DNA of 63,964 bases, counting the filler, from Pseudovirgaria hyperparasitica (taxonomy: Eukaryota), in NCBI GenBank assembly GCA_010093815.1. It is 17 parts of 16 records of this genome, joined end to end, with 100 filler letters (N's around TTAATTAATTAA, not from the genome) between each part and the next. Parts side by side here need not be neighbours in the genome. Positions count along the whole stretch, not along the records: positions 1 to 5,212 come from ML996638.1; positions 5,313 to 10,480 come from ML996639.1; positions 10,581 to 11,758 come from ML996641.1; 14 more parts are not named here. One strand, given 5' to 3'. Below, in pieces: positions 1 through 11,858 of the stretch. Every line of letters starts with the position of its first letter. The stretch's first letter is position 1. The notes beneath the pieces are model-generated. The model was not told the DNA's origin and made no database searches. It worked only from the letters and a program-made list of their open reading frames with translations. The position numbers and the translations under genes were made by a program.

Positions 1-37
1 GAAGGAGATTAGATGTCGTTCGTATCACTATTGGTCA

Positions 38-232
38 AGGATCCGTGTTAGAGCCACGCTCTAGGCTGGTACAGCTTTGCCATCGCCTATTGGCTATCGA
101 TTCTAGCCTGCGTAAAAGGCACTTTCCGTTCTGGGTGCGACCAGGTCGCACCCAGAACGGAATAGCGTTCTTTGCAGAATTGGCTATAAAGTCCGTGATA
201 GTGGAGACTAATGTCAGAGAGATAACGGTTTT
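38..232. repeat. Dispersed repeat, inverted copy of ~33143-33338
   Basis: GGATCCGTGTTAGAGCCACGCT...GCCATCGCCTATTGGCTATCGATTCTAGCCTG...GGAGACTAATGTCAGAGAGATAACGGTTTTT matches the reverse complement of 33143-33338 with internal indels. Confidence 0.9.
124..162. repeat. Perfect 19-bp inverted repeat with 1-nt loop
   Basis: TTCCGTTCTGGGTGCGACC-A-GGTCGCACCCAGAACGGAA. Confidence 0.95.
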
Positions 233-1842
233 TTACCTTCTAAAATGACAATGACATGGCTCTCCCACCAGCAGGGGTTACATTTCAAAGATGTGTGGTT
301 GGGCCTACCTGATAATTAACGTATACCATTTCGCCAATAATGTAGGACAATTCCACGTGCTATGAGGAGCTCCATGAAGGGCAGTCTCACGATACGGGGG
401 CTTGCATACTTAGGGGGTGTTTGAAACCTCAGGTGGAGGTCGTTTTTTGACCTTTTTTGACCTTTTGACCTCTAGTACCCCCAAGTGTTTGAAATCTCAT
501 TCCACCTCCAGCTTAAAACCCGAGCTGAGGACAAGGATTCGATTTCGCGTATACTTCGGTAAATCTAATAGATTCATGCAACGGATATGCAGCACTACTG
601 TCCTGTCCTCCATAGCAGTTCCCTTCTTTCCAGTGATGGGGGATAATGAGTTATACTCCGAAGCGTCGCTCCAATCGAAAGATTTGGAAAGACGCTTCTT
701 TTCTACGGCCTTGTAGTGGTCCAGTGAAGTTTGAGATAGGAGGTCTGAAATGACTGCGGGATTGCGAAAGCTAGAGAAGAGATATGAAGTTCTTATGAAG
801 TGGATATTTGAAGCTAAGATGTTTCTTAAATCCGGTGGCTGGCTGTCCTGTCATGAATTAAAGGGCAGCGTCGGATGCGCATCATTATTCAACACACAGG
901 CTATGCGTCCGCCTAGGGACACCTCTTATCAGGCCTCGCGGAAGACCTCAAGATCCTCTATTGTGGCTTGGCGGAGATGCATGATGGCGTTTTTGGTCCG
1001 TTAGATTCAAAGTCAAACTTCTCGAAGGGGCTCAATCCAACGATGAATCTCCATGAACGTGAGGTTTGCCTTTAAATGACCGAGCACTGGCTGGTTTCTG
1101 CGTTGGCAAGTGGCGGTCAGAAAAACACCAGGTGACGGTAACGACGTAACGGCTTGCTTTGTCTAGAACCATACTCACCGCTTGCGCTAGAGTTGCTGCC
1201 GTGTACCTCATCGGGACTAGCGCGCTTGCATGGGAGCGTTCGTGAACGAGAGACATGCACGACAACAGTGCATTCAAGGACGAAAACGGCAGCTCACACA
1301 TTGCATCGATCGGTTTGCGCCAATCTTGGGAATATGCTATTCAACTCTGGATCAGCCTGGCATGCCCCCCAAGCACCCCCCGTTCGAGCCATGTAACGAC
1401 ATCTCTGAGGATACCACCAGCTTCTCCTCCCTTGCCACCAATGTTCTGACAAATCTGCTAACACAAAGCCGCAAAGATGATGAAAAATATGCCGAACGAG
1501 AGCGCGAGCGCACCAGGAGTTTCTTCTCTTTAAAAGAACTTTATAAGAATAAAATAAACTTATAGAAGGATAGAGATATATCTAATTAATTATTATATCT
1601 ACTTTTAAAGCTCTTGTAGACTTAGAATAGACGTAAAAGTAGAAAGAGCTCTCGGTATAATGATGGGGGAGAGAACACGCGTGTGCTAGTGCTAGCGACT
1701 CAGGTTCTAGGAAAACGACGGATCCATAGCCGAAATGCCAAGAGTGGCCTTAAAACTTGACCGCCCATAGAATAACGGAGAGATTTTTCCCCGCTTCGAC
1801 TACCGATAAATCACCTCCAGCTTTGTCGCAAATACTTACAAT

Positions 1843-2628
1843 ATGGATAAATGTATTATCGTGACTAGCGATGAAAAGTCTTTGGAAGTCGGTATGTTCT
1901 CATAATGTGCTCTGTAGATGCTAGAACTAAACAGTTTGAATTGTAGCGCCCGACCGTCTTGGTTTTGCCCTCTTATTTCGAGACTTCCTAGATGACCTAG
2001 GCTTGACTAGTGAGCCATTTGTGCTCTCTCATGTACCCAAAATCGACAATTCCTTCGTACGACTCACTGATAGCACTAGGTTGATCATAATACTATGTCT
2101 ATCATCTTGGAATGGGCTCTGGGCCACTACGTGGACGGGATTACCCTTCCTCCAAAACTCAAATTCTGGCAATCACGAGAGGACTTTGAGATTCTCCGAA
2201 TCATACCGACCGCAGACTTTCTCGGGGCTGAAAGCTTACTAAATCAAGCGCTGACTCTCGCCAACCTACTCTTAGTGACGGATTACAAATTTCGAAACAC
2301 CGTCGAGAAAACCGAGTTCTCGACGCAAATGACTAAAAGACTCTTGACCCTAGATGCAGTGCAAACTGCCCAGAGACATTACAAGTACTATTGTTACGCG
2401 CAGATCGATGGTTCTGAAAGAGAAATCTGGAGCGAGATCGTCTCGAGTTTTCCAGAGAGTAGCAGAGCTGTGAAGGATTGGACGATCTTTATTTACGCTA
2501 CTTTCACTACCAAGCTTAGAGTCATCGGTAAAGAGAGCGAAACTGAGGATCTCTCAGCATTAAAGACCTTCATACACGAATGGCGCCCCTTTATCAAGGT
2601 TACATTCGATCGTATCATGACTATATAA
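1843..2628 (+). CDS. Divergent Skp1/BTB-POZ-like protein, ~227 aa, 3 exons (1843-1891, 1947-2032, 2080-2628)
   Basis: Two GT-AG introns join an open frame: MDKCIIVTSDEKSLEVAPDRLGFALLFRDFLDDLGLTSEPFVLSHVDHNTMSIILEWALGH...KFWQSREDFEILRIIPTADFLGAESLLNQAL. This follows the Skp1 pattern (xxSDG..fev, LIKNMLEDLG, PIPLPNV, VIEWCxHH, LAANYLDIKxLL) and continues into a ~110-aa unrelated C-terminus. Confidence 0.7.
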
Positions 2629-2789
2629 GCATCATCTTTCCCGATGGACGAATTCTCGATAGTATCTTGGTTAGTGTCTTCTGTGTCTTCTGTGTCTCTT
2701 GACTAATAATCCGCTCGTCCCTATCTGCCGGCTACTATCTAGTTCATTACTACCGTGAGACTCTCGCTACTGCTTTAGATCTTGACGGC

Positions 2790-2987
2790 ATGCCTGGATC
2801 TTCGATAGTTGCAATAGCCACAGCTGCCATCGCATCAACAAAATCGCTATACAAGATTGTCCAACGCTACAAAGAGCGTGCTAAGACTCTAAAAATACTA
2901 TTAAGCGGGCTGGATGGCCTTCTCACCATTCTCGACACACTCTCTACAATAAACGAGACCAACGTGCAAGATCAAATCGACTTGTGA
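2790..2987 (+). pseudogene. Truncated HeLo-like/fungal N-terminal helical domain fragment
   Basis: SIVAIATAAIASTKSLYKIVQRYKERAKTLKILLSGLDGLLTILDTL resembles the N-termini of fungal HeLo-like/SesA-type NLR and ankyrin proteins. It stops after 65 aa. Confidence 0.5.
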
Positions 2988-3381
2988 CAAGGAGTGAGTG
3001 CTCAGAGGGGGTTGTGTATCAAGGATGCATGTGTGGCTTGCTGCGACCGGTCAGACAGAACCCTTCTTGATCGATCGTTATGCGTTCGGGCTCGGAAGCG
3101 GCACAGGCCTTCAGTGTATGGATCCACATCAATTTGTTGTTGTACAGTGCGCAAACGACTGGTGGGTCAGGCTCCGAGAAGAGTTCTGATTGATCGGGAT
3201 GCAGTCTTCGTGCTGGGTTCCATGATATGACGTATCTACTTGGGCGAGTCCGGAATTTCACTGTTCCTTTCGGCAAGGATCTTGTATGATTGCGGCCCAT
3301 ACTATACCGTGGTCGGCTTGGAACGTTTCTGGTGCTATGTAATTTTATTGACGAGATTTCTACCTCGTTAATAGGTTTATG

Positions 3382-3476
3382 GTCAACGACATCTTTATCA
3401 TCCAACGACATCTTTATCACCCAACGACATCTTTATCATCCAACAACATCTTTATCATCAAACGACATCTTTATCA
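3382..3476 (+). repeat. Minisatellite, 5 x 19 bp (TCCAACGACATCTTTATCA)
   Basis: Five head-to-tail near-identical units with no spacers. Confidence 0.95.
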
Positions 3477-4417
3477 TGTCTGCTACCATTTCCTATGACC
3501 CGGGTCGGTCCACATTTGTACCTGGACTAGGAGAGAAGGGGGCATAGGCTGACTTTCTGCCAAAGTGGTAGAGAGTAAATCTAGCAGCTTATGCGTCTGC
3601 TCGGTATGCCCAGGTAAGAATCTCGGCAACCGGCCTGGGGCGAGGCTCGCAGAACCGCAATGATCAGGAGTGGCGAGCACGACATACTCAGGCTGGCTAC
3701 ACTATGCTCGCTGCGTCGCAGGGTTGGCGACGGTTATGGCGCATGAGGGCCGACAATCCTTGTGTTATAACAAGCGGATGTTCAATCACCTGTAATTTGT
3801 GGGCTCTTGCCAGCCCCTCTTTGCACAACTGATCCGTGGCGAGTAGTCTCTTTTGACGGCACGACGACCGTTGAGGGCTTGGACGTGCGGCTACTCCGTG
3901 TGTAGGCCATGGATAGCTCTTCCCAGATGCTTACTGCCCTTCGTTCGAGTTTAGAGGCTCGTCAGGTCATCACTAGAGCAAGTAAGAGTCGACCTTGCCC
4001 TGGCAGCGGCTATGGGTGCAGTCATCGATCGTGGTATTTGTCCCTAACCCCATCTACTATCACCGGACCACCCCTTGAGCTATATGAAGAGCTGCTGGGC
4101 GAAGTGGTTCACTTAGGGTTGATGGCTTCGGCATAGTTGATTGCTACAATCGATGCTGATTTCTGCTTCGTAACCCAAAGAGATTCAAGATTCTCCAGTC
4201 GAGAATGGCATATCTTCTATTTTGATGCCAGGTTGGGAGGCAGGCCTCGAGCGGGAGGACTTACTTTTGATCCCGTATACGACGATCAATAACTCGAACA
4301 ATGCATGAATGAAGCTACCCCTGCCGCCTGCACCCTGTCAGGGACTCTGCCGTTGCTGGCACTTACTGGGCAATCGGAGTGCTGGTGACGAAGACACTCC
4401 TTCCGGTTCCCTTGTTT

Positions 4418-4462
4418 GTAAAGCCTCTCTTGGCAACAGAGTGTTACCAAGAGCGGCTTTAC
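4418..4462. repeat. 21-bp imperfect inverted repeat; homolog at 52915-52955 in opposite orientation
   Basis: GTAAAGCCTCTCTTGGCAACA-GAG-TGTTACCAAGAGCGGCTTTAC (2 mismatches). Confidence 0.85.
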
Positions 4463-5212
4463 CCAGCTAAAGAGCTCCCACCGCCCCGACCATCTTTTGA
4501 TACTGTTGCGCAGCTGCAATGGCCTGTAAGTGCTACCTTATGGAACTACTAATACAGATTCTTACGACGGATTCAGGCTCTAATTACATGCCAAAGGAGC
4601 TGATCTTCTTGGTTTCGAATTTAGGAGATCTTTTGAGCCATCTTTATTGTGGCTTACTTAAACCAGGTATCTTGCACTCCTCCGATAGGCGTGGGTAGAA
4701 CAATAAGAAGCCACATATGGGGGTGTTGACTTCGCGTAGAAATGTGTTGCCACCCAGTAATTGAAGCTTTATTTTAGAGTATTGTTACAACATTCTCGTG
4801 ATAACGATGCGTTTGACCCGGCCGTATTCGTTGTATCACCTGTGCAGCAAGCCAGCACGAACTCATCGAAAAGCCCATCTGCATGACATGATCGGATGTG
4901 CACCAAAGCTCTATGAATCATGTAGAACGCTAACTTGCCGGTCACCGCTACTAATAAAGATGCCATAGCATCCACTCGCTCGGTCAAAAATGAGATGAGG
5001 ACCATTAGAAGTGGAAGCATTTCGAGATCTATTGTGGACCAGTCTGATATCAACGTGAAGGCCGTCCGTAGTGCCTTCACCATCACGCCTTATGCTTATT
5101 ACACCGTAGTGTTATATTTACTAGAGCTAGCTGCTATCTGAATGGAGATGAGTAGTCTTAATTCCTGAAAGGGGTAGCTCGGGATGTGTATCACAACACG
5201 GACGGCACTTTT

Positions 5213-5312
5213 NNNNNNNNNNNNNNNNNNNNNNNNNNNNNNNNNNNNNNNNNNNNTTAATTAATTAANNNNNNNNNNNNNNNNNNNNNNNNNNNNNNNN
5301 NNNNNNNNNNNN
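5213..5312. other. Artificial contig spacer (N-run, TTAATTAATTAA, N-run; 100 nt). It recurs at 10481, 11759, 13394, 18040, 22474, 26772, 31035, 35258, 39473, 43663, 47774, 51617, 55279, 58923 and 62395.
   Basis: Identical 100-nt spacers with stops in all six frames. Contig lengths from 13494 onward fall monotonically (4546, 4334, 4198, 4163, 4123, 4115, 4090, 4011, 3743, 3562, 3544, 3372), as in a concatenated unplaced-contig pseudomolecule. Confidence 0.97.
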
Positions 5313-7002
5313 GACCCGCTTCCAAGTCGTCAGCACGCCTGTAGACGTATCGAGCTCCCACACCCGCATCCGGCGGTGAAATCGATGTTTACCGACCGAG
5401 CTATATCCGCCGAACCCGCTACCACCTGCATGACACAGCCAAGGGCGAGTCAGGGTCTTTGAACGGTTTTGTTGTCGTTTGAATGGCAGCAGAGCGCAAA
5501 AGTCATTCACGTGGTCGTGCCCACAGCCCAAGGCTGATATTCCACTCTGGACCAAGGCATTATAGAAATGAGAATTACGTCTGGGGGCTTCCGTTGGCTC
5601 TCTTCGATTTCCACCGCGTATGTCTAAATTGCTGCATCCAAACTCAGGAAGAGGTATGTGTTGGTAGACTATAGACAGATGAAAGTTTCCATTACTACTG
5701 CCTTTTCCGCGCCGGCTTCCGTGCTCGTTCGTAGTGTCGAGAAACCAGTCGATTTGACTTTGCTTTATTGGCTCATAGTTGGAACCATATATTGACTTAG
5801 GCACCTGCCCGTGTGAATCCAGAAAATACAAGGTCGCCAATGGAATCTGTACTGGGGAATGGGCTAGAATCTCGATATAGTAGTTGCCTATACCGTCCAC
5901 GTGCTCCGGTCCCGGCTCGCAGAGGCTGAAGGGTAAGTTTTGGAGTATTGACATTTGGGCGGTGCCTACAGCCCAGTTAGCAAGGATACAACCAGGCCCA
6001 AATTTTGAATATATGGTCAACGCTCGTATTGAGTAGCTATAAGAGGGATGGGATAGAGGAATGCTTACGTGATAGGGCGTTTCTACCCTCGCTATCATGG
6101 TTCCCAAAGACGGCTGCGAACGGGATTGAACGTGCAATCATAGGGGCAACCACCTTGAAGAGAGCGGATTGGGTGTCTGGGATATCGTGATGTAGCTGAT
6201 CTCCAGTAAGCACCACAAGGTCTGGTCCCTCAATATCCAGGACCTCTTCAATAAATTTGACGGTTAATGGGTCAGCCTTATTCTCTGGAAGATGGTTTCC
6301 GTGGGCATCTATAGCATCTTTACAGATGCCAGTACCTGTTACCATATGCGTATCAGAAATTTGGATAATCTTGAATTTGCCGTCCTCCCTAACTCGCAAA
6401 CCTGCCTTAGCATCTGGTGGAGGCTCAGCCCTGCCATGAAGAATGGTTAAACTTGCAACATGTGCATCTCGAGGAGTCTGTATTTGTAGGGGCGATCGTA
6501 TCAGCTTCCACTGTGGGCGCGGATCAATAGCGTCTGGGCCAAAGAGTACGTCCACATGTGTCACAGCTTGGCCGATATTACCAGAAAACTTGGTTCTCAG
6601 TATCCATATTCCACCAGGTCGACTTTCCCACGTATTAGCTGAGCCTGGGTTGGGCGGCTGCTTGCCAACTCTAATATCCACCACCATCATATCCTCAGCT
6701 CCAAGCTCTTGTTCATCCATCAAGGCCACGTACAGCCACGCACTTTGCCGGGAAGTATATAGATAGAGATCCTTCTCTACACGGTGCCATTGGCGCGGAT
6801 CCAGTCCACTGGGTAAATGTTGACCGGATGAAGACGAAAAGCTTATTGTAAGATCTGTGACAACTGGACGAACAACGATCGCTGCGGTGGAAGAAGCGGG
6901 TAACGTTGCCACTTCGGAGGAAATGACGAGGTTGAAGGGGTCGAAAACATGAAGTAGCATAACAGCTAGTAGGACGGATGCTGATGCGATCGCGAATGCC
7001 AT
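5313..7002 (-). CDS. Calcineurin-like metallophosphoesterase, Dcr2-like; intron 5966-6068; 3' end cut by the gap
   Basis: Motifs FKIIQISDTH, DLVVLTGDQ, VFGNHD, YFLDSHG, YQHIPLPEF, GCGHDHVNDFC, GGSGFGGY, RMRVWELDT. N-terminal hydrophobic segment. GTAAGC...GCTAAC...TAG intron joins the two ORFs. Confidence 0.9.
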
Positions 7003-7517
7003 TTTTTTTAGATGTCTTCCAGAATTTATGAAACGGTATGGGGTGATGCGACGGGTTAACGACTTTACGTAGAGCGTAGATAGAGTACTAACCCGAATTA
7101 GTCATAGGCGCTCTGTGTCTTGGCAATCGTGGCCTACAGTTTCGACCGTGACTCCCAATTGCCTTCCCCATGCCACACTGTCAAAGACCACGTGACAGTC
7201 CTTACCATCATGTGATCATGTTATACCAGATGAAGTTAGTAAGTAGGCGTGGCCCATGTGAGTAAGTCCGCGCTTTTTTTCCTCTCAACTAATTATATTC
7301 CACAATAACACAACGCTATGGCTCATCGCATTTTCATCAAATGCACCTCGTCCTTCGATCTCATCGATCTCACCCATGGTGATGTATATTTACAAGCGTA
7401 GTCCATATATAGATATTTCAGCTGTGACACCATCCCTGCGATTCCTTTCCAACACGATCTGCTTTTCCTCCCGTCTCTCTGATCCGGTGTTTAAATCAGA
7501 CAGATGAGTTTACGCTA

Positions 7518-8317
7518 TCATTGAGCGCAGAAATAGTCTATTCTTGTTGACAGAAAGGTTTCTTGGCCAGGATCGAACAGCTCAGCCGGTAAAACATCAG
7601 TATGGGCGGCACCAGAGCCAGCATAAGCTACCGTACTCTGCCCGGATATCTGTGATACCCAGTTCACATCGTCGTCATCAAGATCGGTCCGGTGATGCTG
7701 CGATAGATGTTCCTCTTTCTCGATGTCCCGCACTCGGTAGCTACGCTTTTTCTTCGTGTATTTACGAGTCAGCTCGGTAGTGCCCAAAAGACCAGTAAAT
7801 TTGTTTGAATTATACGCCGAGAATGGGAAAGAAGCCACTTAAAGCACTTAGGTAATCCGTAAAGAGGCTATACAAGGTGAACGTTAAGCGATACGATCCC
7901 GAACGGCGGACTGATAGGTCCGGGAAGACAAAAAATGCACTTTTACCAAGGCTCGGGCACTGCATATGAGAAACAGAAATTCCAATCATAAGTTCATCGT
8001 TCGAACTTTGCGCGGGTTTTTCGTAGGGACTGACGCTTTCTATTGTCGCGACGAGAAAAAAAGTTCCGAACACTTGGACTTGAGTTTCTTCTTGGGCGTA
8101 GTTATCGAAAATGTGGAGCTCTATAATAGGAGGAGGGTCGATTGGCCGGCGCTGTTCAAAGGCTGCTTATTGAATCAGTACCTGACGGATATAGACTTGC
8201 TGACCTACCTTTCTCCCCGTAACCACAAGCTCGAGATGTCTTTGGTTGTTGTAAGACGCTCAACATATATGATGTCGCTCCATCGACGCTGGTTACAGTG
8301 CTTATCGGTTCGTTCAT
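7518..8317 (-). pseudogene. Velvet-domain (VeA-like) regulator paralog, disrupted near 7838-7865; intron 8163-8208
   Basis: Spliced: YMLSVLQQPKTSRACGYGEKAFEQRRPIDPPPIIELHIFD...FFLVATIE...FFVFPDLSVRRSGSYRLTFTLY. After a frameshift and two TAA codons it continues VASFPFSAYNSNKFTGLLGTTELTR...YRVR. These are all hallmark velvet motifs. Confidence 0.85.
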
Positions 8318-9524
8318 GACATAATTATATATAACTAGAACGGGGTAGATAGTAGGCAAACGATGAGTGTGCGTACTGCAATCTAGTAGCGGTGACTGGC
8401 CGGTCAAGGACTATGTGATACGTATATATCCTAATGTCCCAGAAGTGATCACAGACGTCCTGATCCATAGCTCGGTTTTGGACTTCCCCACGCGAGACGA
8501 TCTTGCCGCTGTAATGCGCATGGCTACATCACTCCATGGGCGATCGTGATGCTTTTTCCAAATCACTAACCCTTCCCCCTAAGCTGATCCCATACTTACC
8601 ACTGCCGAATCTCCCCGCTTTAGTGCATTCCTTCGAACTGTGTGCAGACTCCACGCCCTAATTGTAGACGTAGATTATGAAAGCGCCAGATCTGAGCTGA
8701 TCCCGCATCTACCACTACCGACCCGTCCCCTTTGGTGCTTTCCTGTAAGCCATGTGCCAACTTCGCTTCGGAAAGTTCGCCTTACTCGTACAAGGAAGGA
8801 GGAGCGTAAGATAATCATCAGGCAGGCGGCAATGGACTCGAGACGTAATTACGCTATCTGATGGTTCCCCCGAGTCCGGATGCTGTGCCGACTCCGTGCA
8901 GAGATGTGTTGCGACTAAGACAGATTGACACTTGCATTGCCCAAGTACTCCTCTTTCCAATGTCTGCTCCTATACTCCTCCTACCTTCTCTCATCTTCCT
9001 CGCAACTAAGGTGCCGTGATCATAAGTGCTCATTGTGCGGCCCAAAATGGCCCTTACAGAAGCTGTCGCAATTGACCGCTCTCAACAAGTACAAATCTGT
9101 GTTATGACGATTCTTTTCTGACTGAGCATTACAGATTAGAGCGGCGCTACTCGCCGTCATTGATATATTCGATAAATTCTCGATAGACTTCGACACTGTA
9201 CATGGCTCCAACCCGCTTACAGACCTCCACACGGGTGCTAAAGAACTACTCGCCAGTATTCCTGCTGAACCGCTGAGCTCGCCATTAGCAATTCAACCTT
9301 TTCATAGATCTCCCTATAAGGAAGTCACCGCAAGCCAAAGCAATTGCGAACAGTGTCGAGCCACTGAGCCGAGCCTCACGGGAGATGGAGCACCGAGCTG
9401 CGGCCATGACTTAGTTCCACTAAGTCTCATTCCTAACGCCAGTATCTTTGAAGACATGACCAGCGACTCTCGTTCTATCGACGCACGCAATAACGAGAAT
9501 AACCATGGATCAGCCGCTGTATAC

Positions 9525-9596
9525 ACGTGTACGAGTCCCACCGCGTGTACGAGTCCTATTACGAGCACGAGTCCTACCGCGAGCACGAGTCCTACC
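9525..9596 (+). repeat. Minisatellite, 4 x 18 bp (e.g. GCGAGCACGAGTCCTACC)
   Basis: Four tandem degenerate units. Confidence 0.85.
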
Positions 9597-9691
9597 GCCA
9601 AATACGGAATATCTATTGCAGGACGTCAACGGTGTCAGCAATGAAACACAGCCAAATCCTCATCTTATTGTAGATGCCAGGTAATTGCCTT

Positions 9692-10188
9692 CTAGATACA
9701 ACGATAGTTCATATCATGATCTGTCTTTGAAGACTTCTTCATTGGAACGACGAGCACTCTCATGTGACCGTTCTCGACTTTCATTGTGACATCCTCGTGA
9801 CAAATTATGCATGAATCATTTGGGACTTCGCATGATTCACTCTTGCTTGATTCAATAGTGATAGTAGGTGTATCCTTTCGATATACGATATAGATTATAC
9901 AGGGGCCTGTGAACAAGGTGTCTTGGCTGATTGCAGAGAACCAGTGTTCTTCTTTTTTCCAGCCAGCGGGTAATTCCTAGAACTCTTCAGTTTGCTGATG
10001 CATCAGAAACTATTTCGACTTACCGGTTGGCATTGAGCTTCTAGTTCTGAGACTGCGTTGTCGGGTATAAACTTTATGATTTTCTGCCTCGGAAAGTTAT
10101 GAATAGCTTCCTCAAAATCTTTCGGGCTCACAGCCTTTAGAGCCGTAAGCCCTGTGGACAAGTTTTTAATGGCGAAAGGTTTGGTCAT
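9692..10188 (-). CDS. Small hypothetical protein (2 exons)
   Basis: MTKPFAIKNL...ELEAQCQP, a GTAAGT...CTAG intron, then ELPAGWKKEEHWFSAISQDTLFTGPCIIYIVYRK...YRCI stop. The frame is open after splicing. Confidence 0.5.
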
Positions 10189-10580
10189 AGACTCGAATCG
10201 TGCTGGAACGGCAAAGGTATTGTTTGAAGCAAAGTGGAAGACGTAGGTAGAAAAGATGATTCCTAATGCTGCGTGGCAGTAATTTGCCACTAACCCACTT
10301 TGAGACGCGGGGCAGCTGGTCACGCGTCCGGAGGGTTTCTCAAGCGTCCAGTTGTATTATATGTACTATACGAGTCGGCTATTATACTATATATCTAAGC
10401 CGTCTTACTAAGTGATATAGAAAAAGCTTAAAGCACGTGTATATCCTTAGCCTATAAGGTTAAAATCAGTCAAAATCAGTNNNNNNNNNNNNNNNNNNNN
10501 NNNNNNNNNNNNNNNNNNNNNNNNTTAATTAATTAANNNNNNNNNNNNNNNNNNNNNNNNNNNNNNNNNNNNNNNNNNNN

Positions 10581-11758
10581 GTCCTATAGCGCCCGTTCGG
10601 GCTTAGATAAGTATAGATACTTAGGCTTTCGTTAGCCCTTTATATATCTATTTACTCGGTTCCTTCTATAGCCCTTAAATCTACTCTAGGTACCTATTCT
10701 ACTAGGAGGTCTAGTAGGTATAGAGTGCCTCTTTCTACTTATCTTAAGTCTATAACTATATATTTTTTACGAGTTCTTAAAGGCTCTACTAGTCTAGAAG
10801 AGCGTCCGGGTTATCTCAGACTTCTTATACTACTTAGCTAGAGTCGGCTTCTATTAAGCACCTATACCGTATTTAATTCTAGCCTATATATAGGAGTGTG
10901 TGGTAATATATACTAATTCATATACGTAGTGCGGCGAAAGTATATTCTACGTTTTCTATACGTTCCTATACTTATTATTTAGTAAAGTATACTACTCTCT
11001 ATATCTAGTAGAAGTTATATATACTTATAATATCTATCTCGCGTCGTAGTAGTACCATATTAGTAGCTTTATATACGCCTAATATAAGACGGAGTATACG
11101 GTTCTATATAGATTCGAGCTTTATTTACCTAGTCTATATAAGGGCCGTGTACTAGTACTCGTGTCTATACGTGAAGGCGGGTCGTACTATAGATATATAT
11201 AGCTAGCGTGCCTTATCCCGGGCGGTTCTCTACGTAGAGGCTATAATCCGTTATATAGCGGCTTCTATCTAGAGGGCCCTAGAGACGGCGTATACTACTT
11301 ATAGTCCCTATTTAAGCTTACTATCTAGTATAACTCTAAGCGCGTGTATGCTTTATACTAGTAGTTCGTTAAATACGTCGATTTAGAGGCGTTATTCGCC
11401 TTCCCTAGTTATCTATTTCCCTTAATAATTAATAAAGTATATAAGCTAGTATTTCTCCGGGGCGAACTTTACTCTATAGCGTTTTATCTACTAGAGGTAC
11501 CTCTTATAGTTCTATTCTAGTTATCTATACGTTCGGTTAGTATTATTATTAATAGCTAGAAGGTATATATTATTAGCGTATCCGACTATCTCTATATACT
11601 TTATTCCTTAAAGAAGGTCTACCGTAAAGAAGAGGAATAGAATCGGAGAGATAGTGCTCCCTTATAGGATGCCGTATACCGTCTCTTTATATTCGCTCTA
11701 GTATCTAGGGATATATATCTAAGTTATTCTTCCTATAAGGAATAACTATATAAAGCGT
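10581..11758 (-). mobile_element. RIP-degraded non-LTR (Tad1-like LINE) retrotransposon, RT region, copy 1
   Basis: TpA-rich and CpA-depleted. The minus strand reads GI(P)xGSTISPILFLFF and GYA(D)(D)IY. Same start and sequence as 11859 apart from C>T/G>A changes. Confidence 0.85.
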
Positions 11759-11858
11759 NNNNNNNNNNNNNNNNNNNNNNNNNNNNNNNNNNNNNNNNNN
11801 NNTTAATTAATTAANNNNNNNNNNNNNNNNNNNNNNNNNNNNNNNNNNNNNNNNNNNN

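Noticed and set aside
440..1003. Long minus-strand frame with few stops (possible pseudogene)
   Set aside because: No family motif recognised; cannot assign a product.
1843..1891. MDKC N-terminus recalling the fungal gasdermin RCD-1
   Set aside because: Similarity ends after four residues; the rest fits Skp1/BTB.
3382..3476. Possible CRISPR-like array
   Set aside because: Tandem units with no unique spacers; eukaryotic context.
5257..5268. TTAATTAATTAA palindrome recurring 16 times
   Set aside because: Artificial assembly spacer embedded in N runs.
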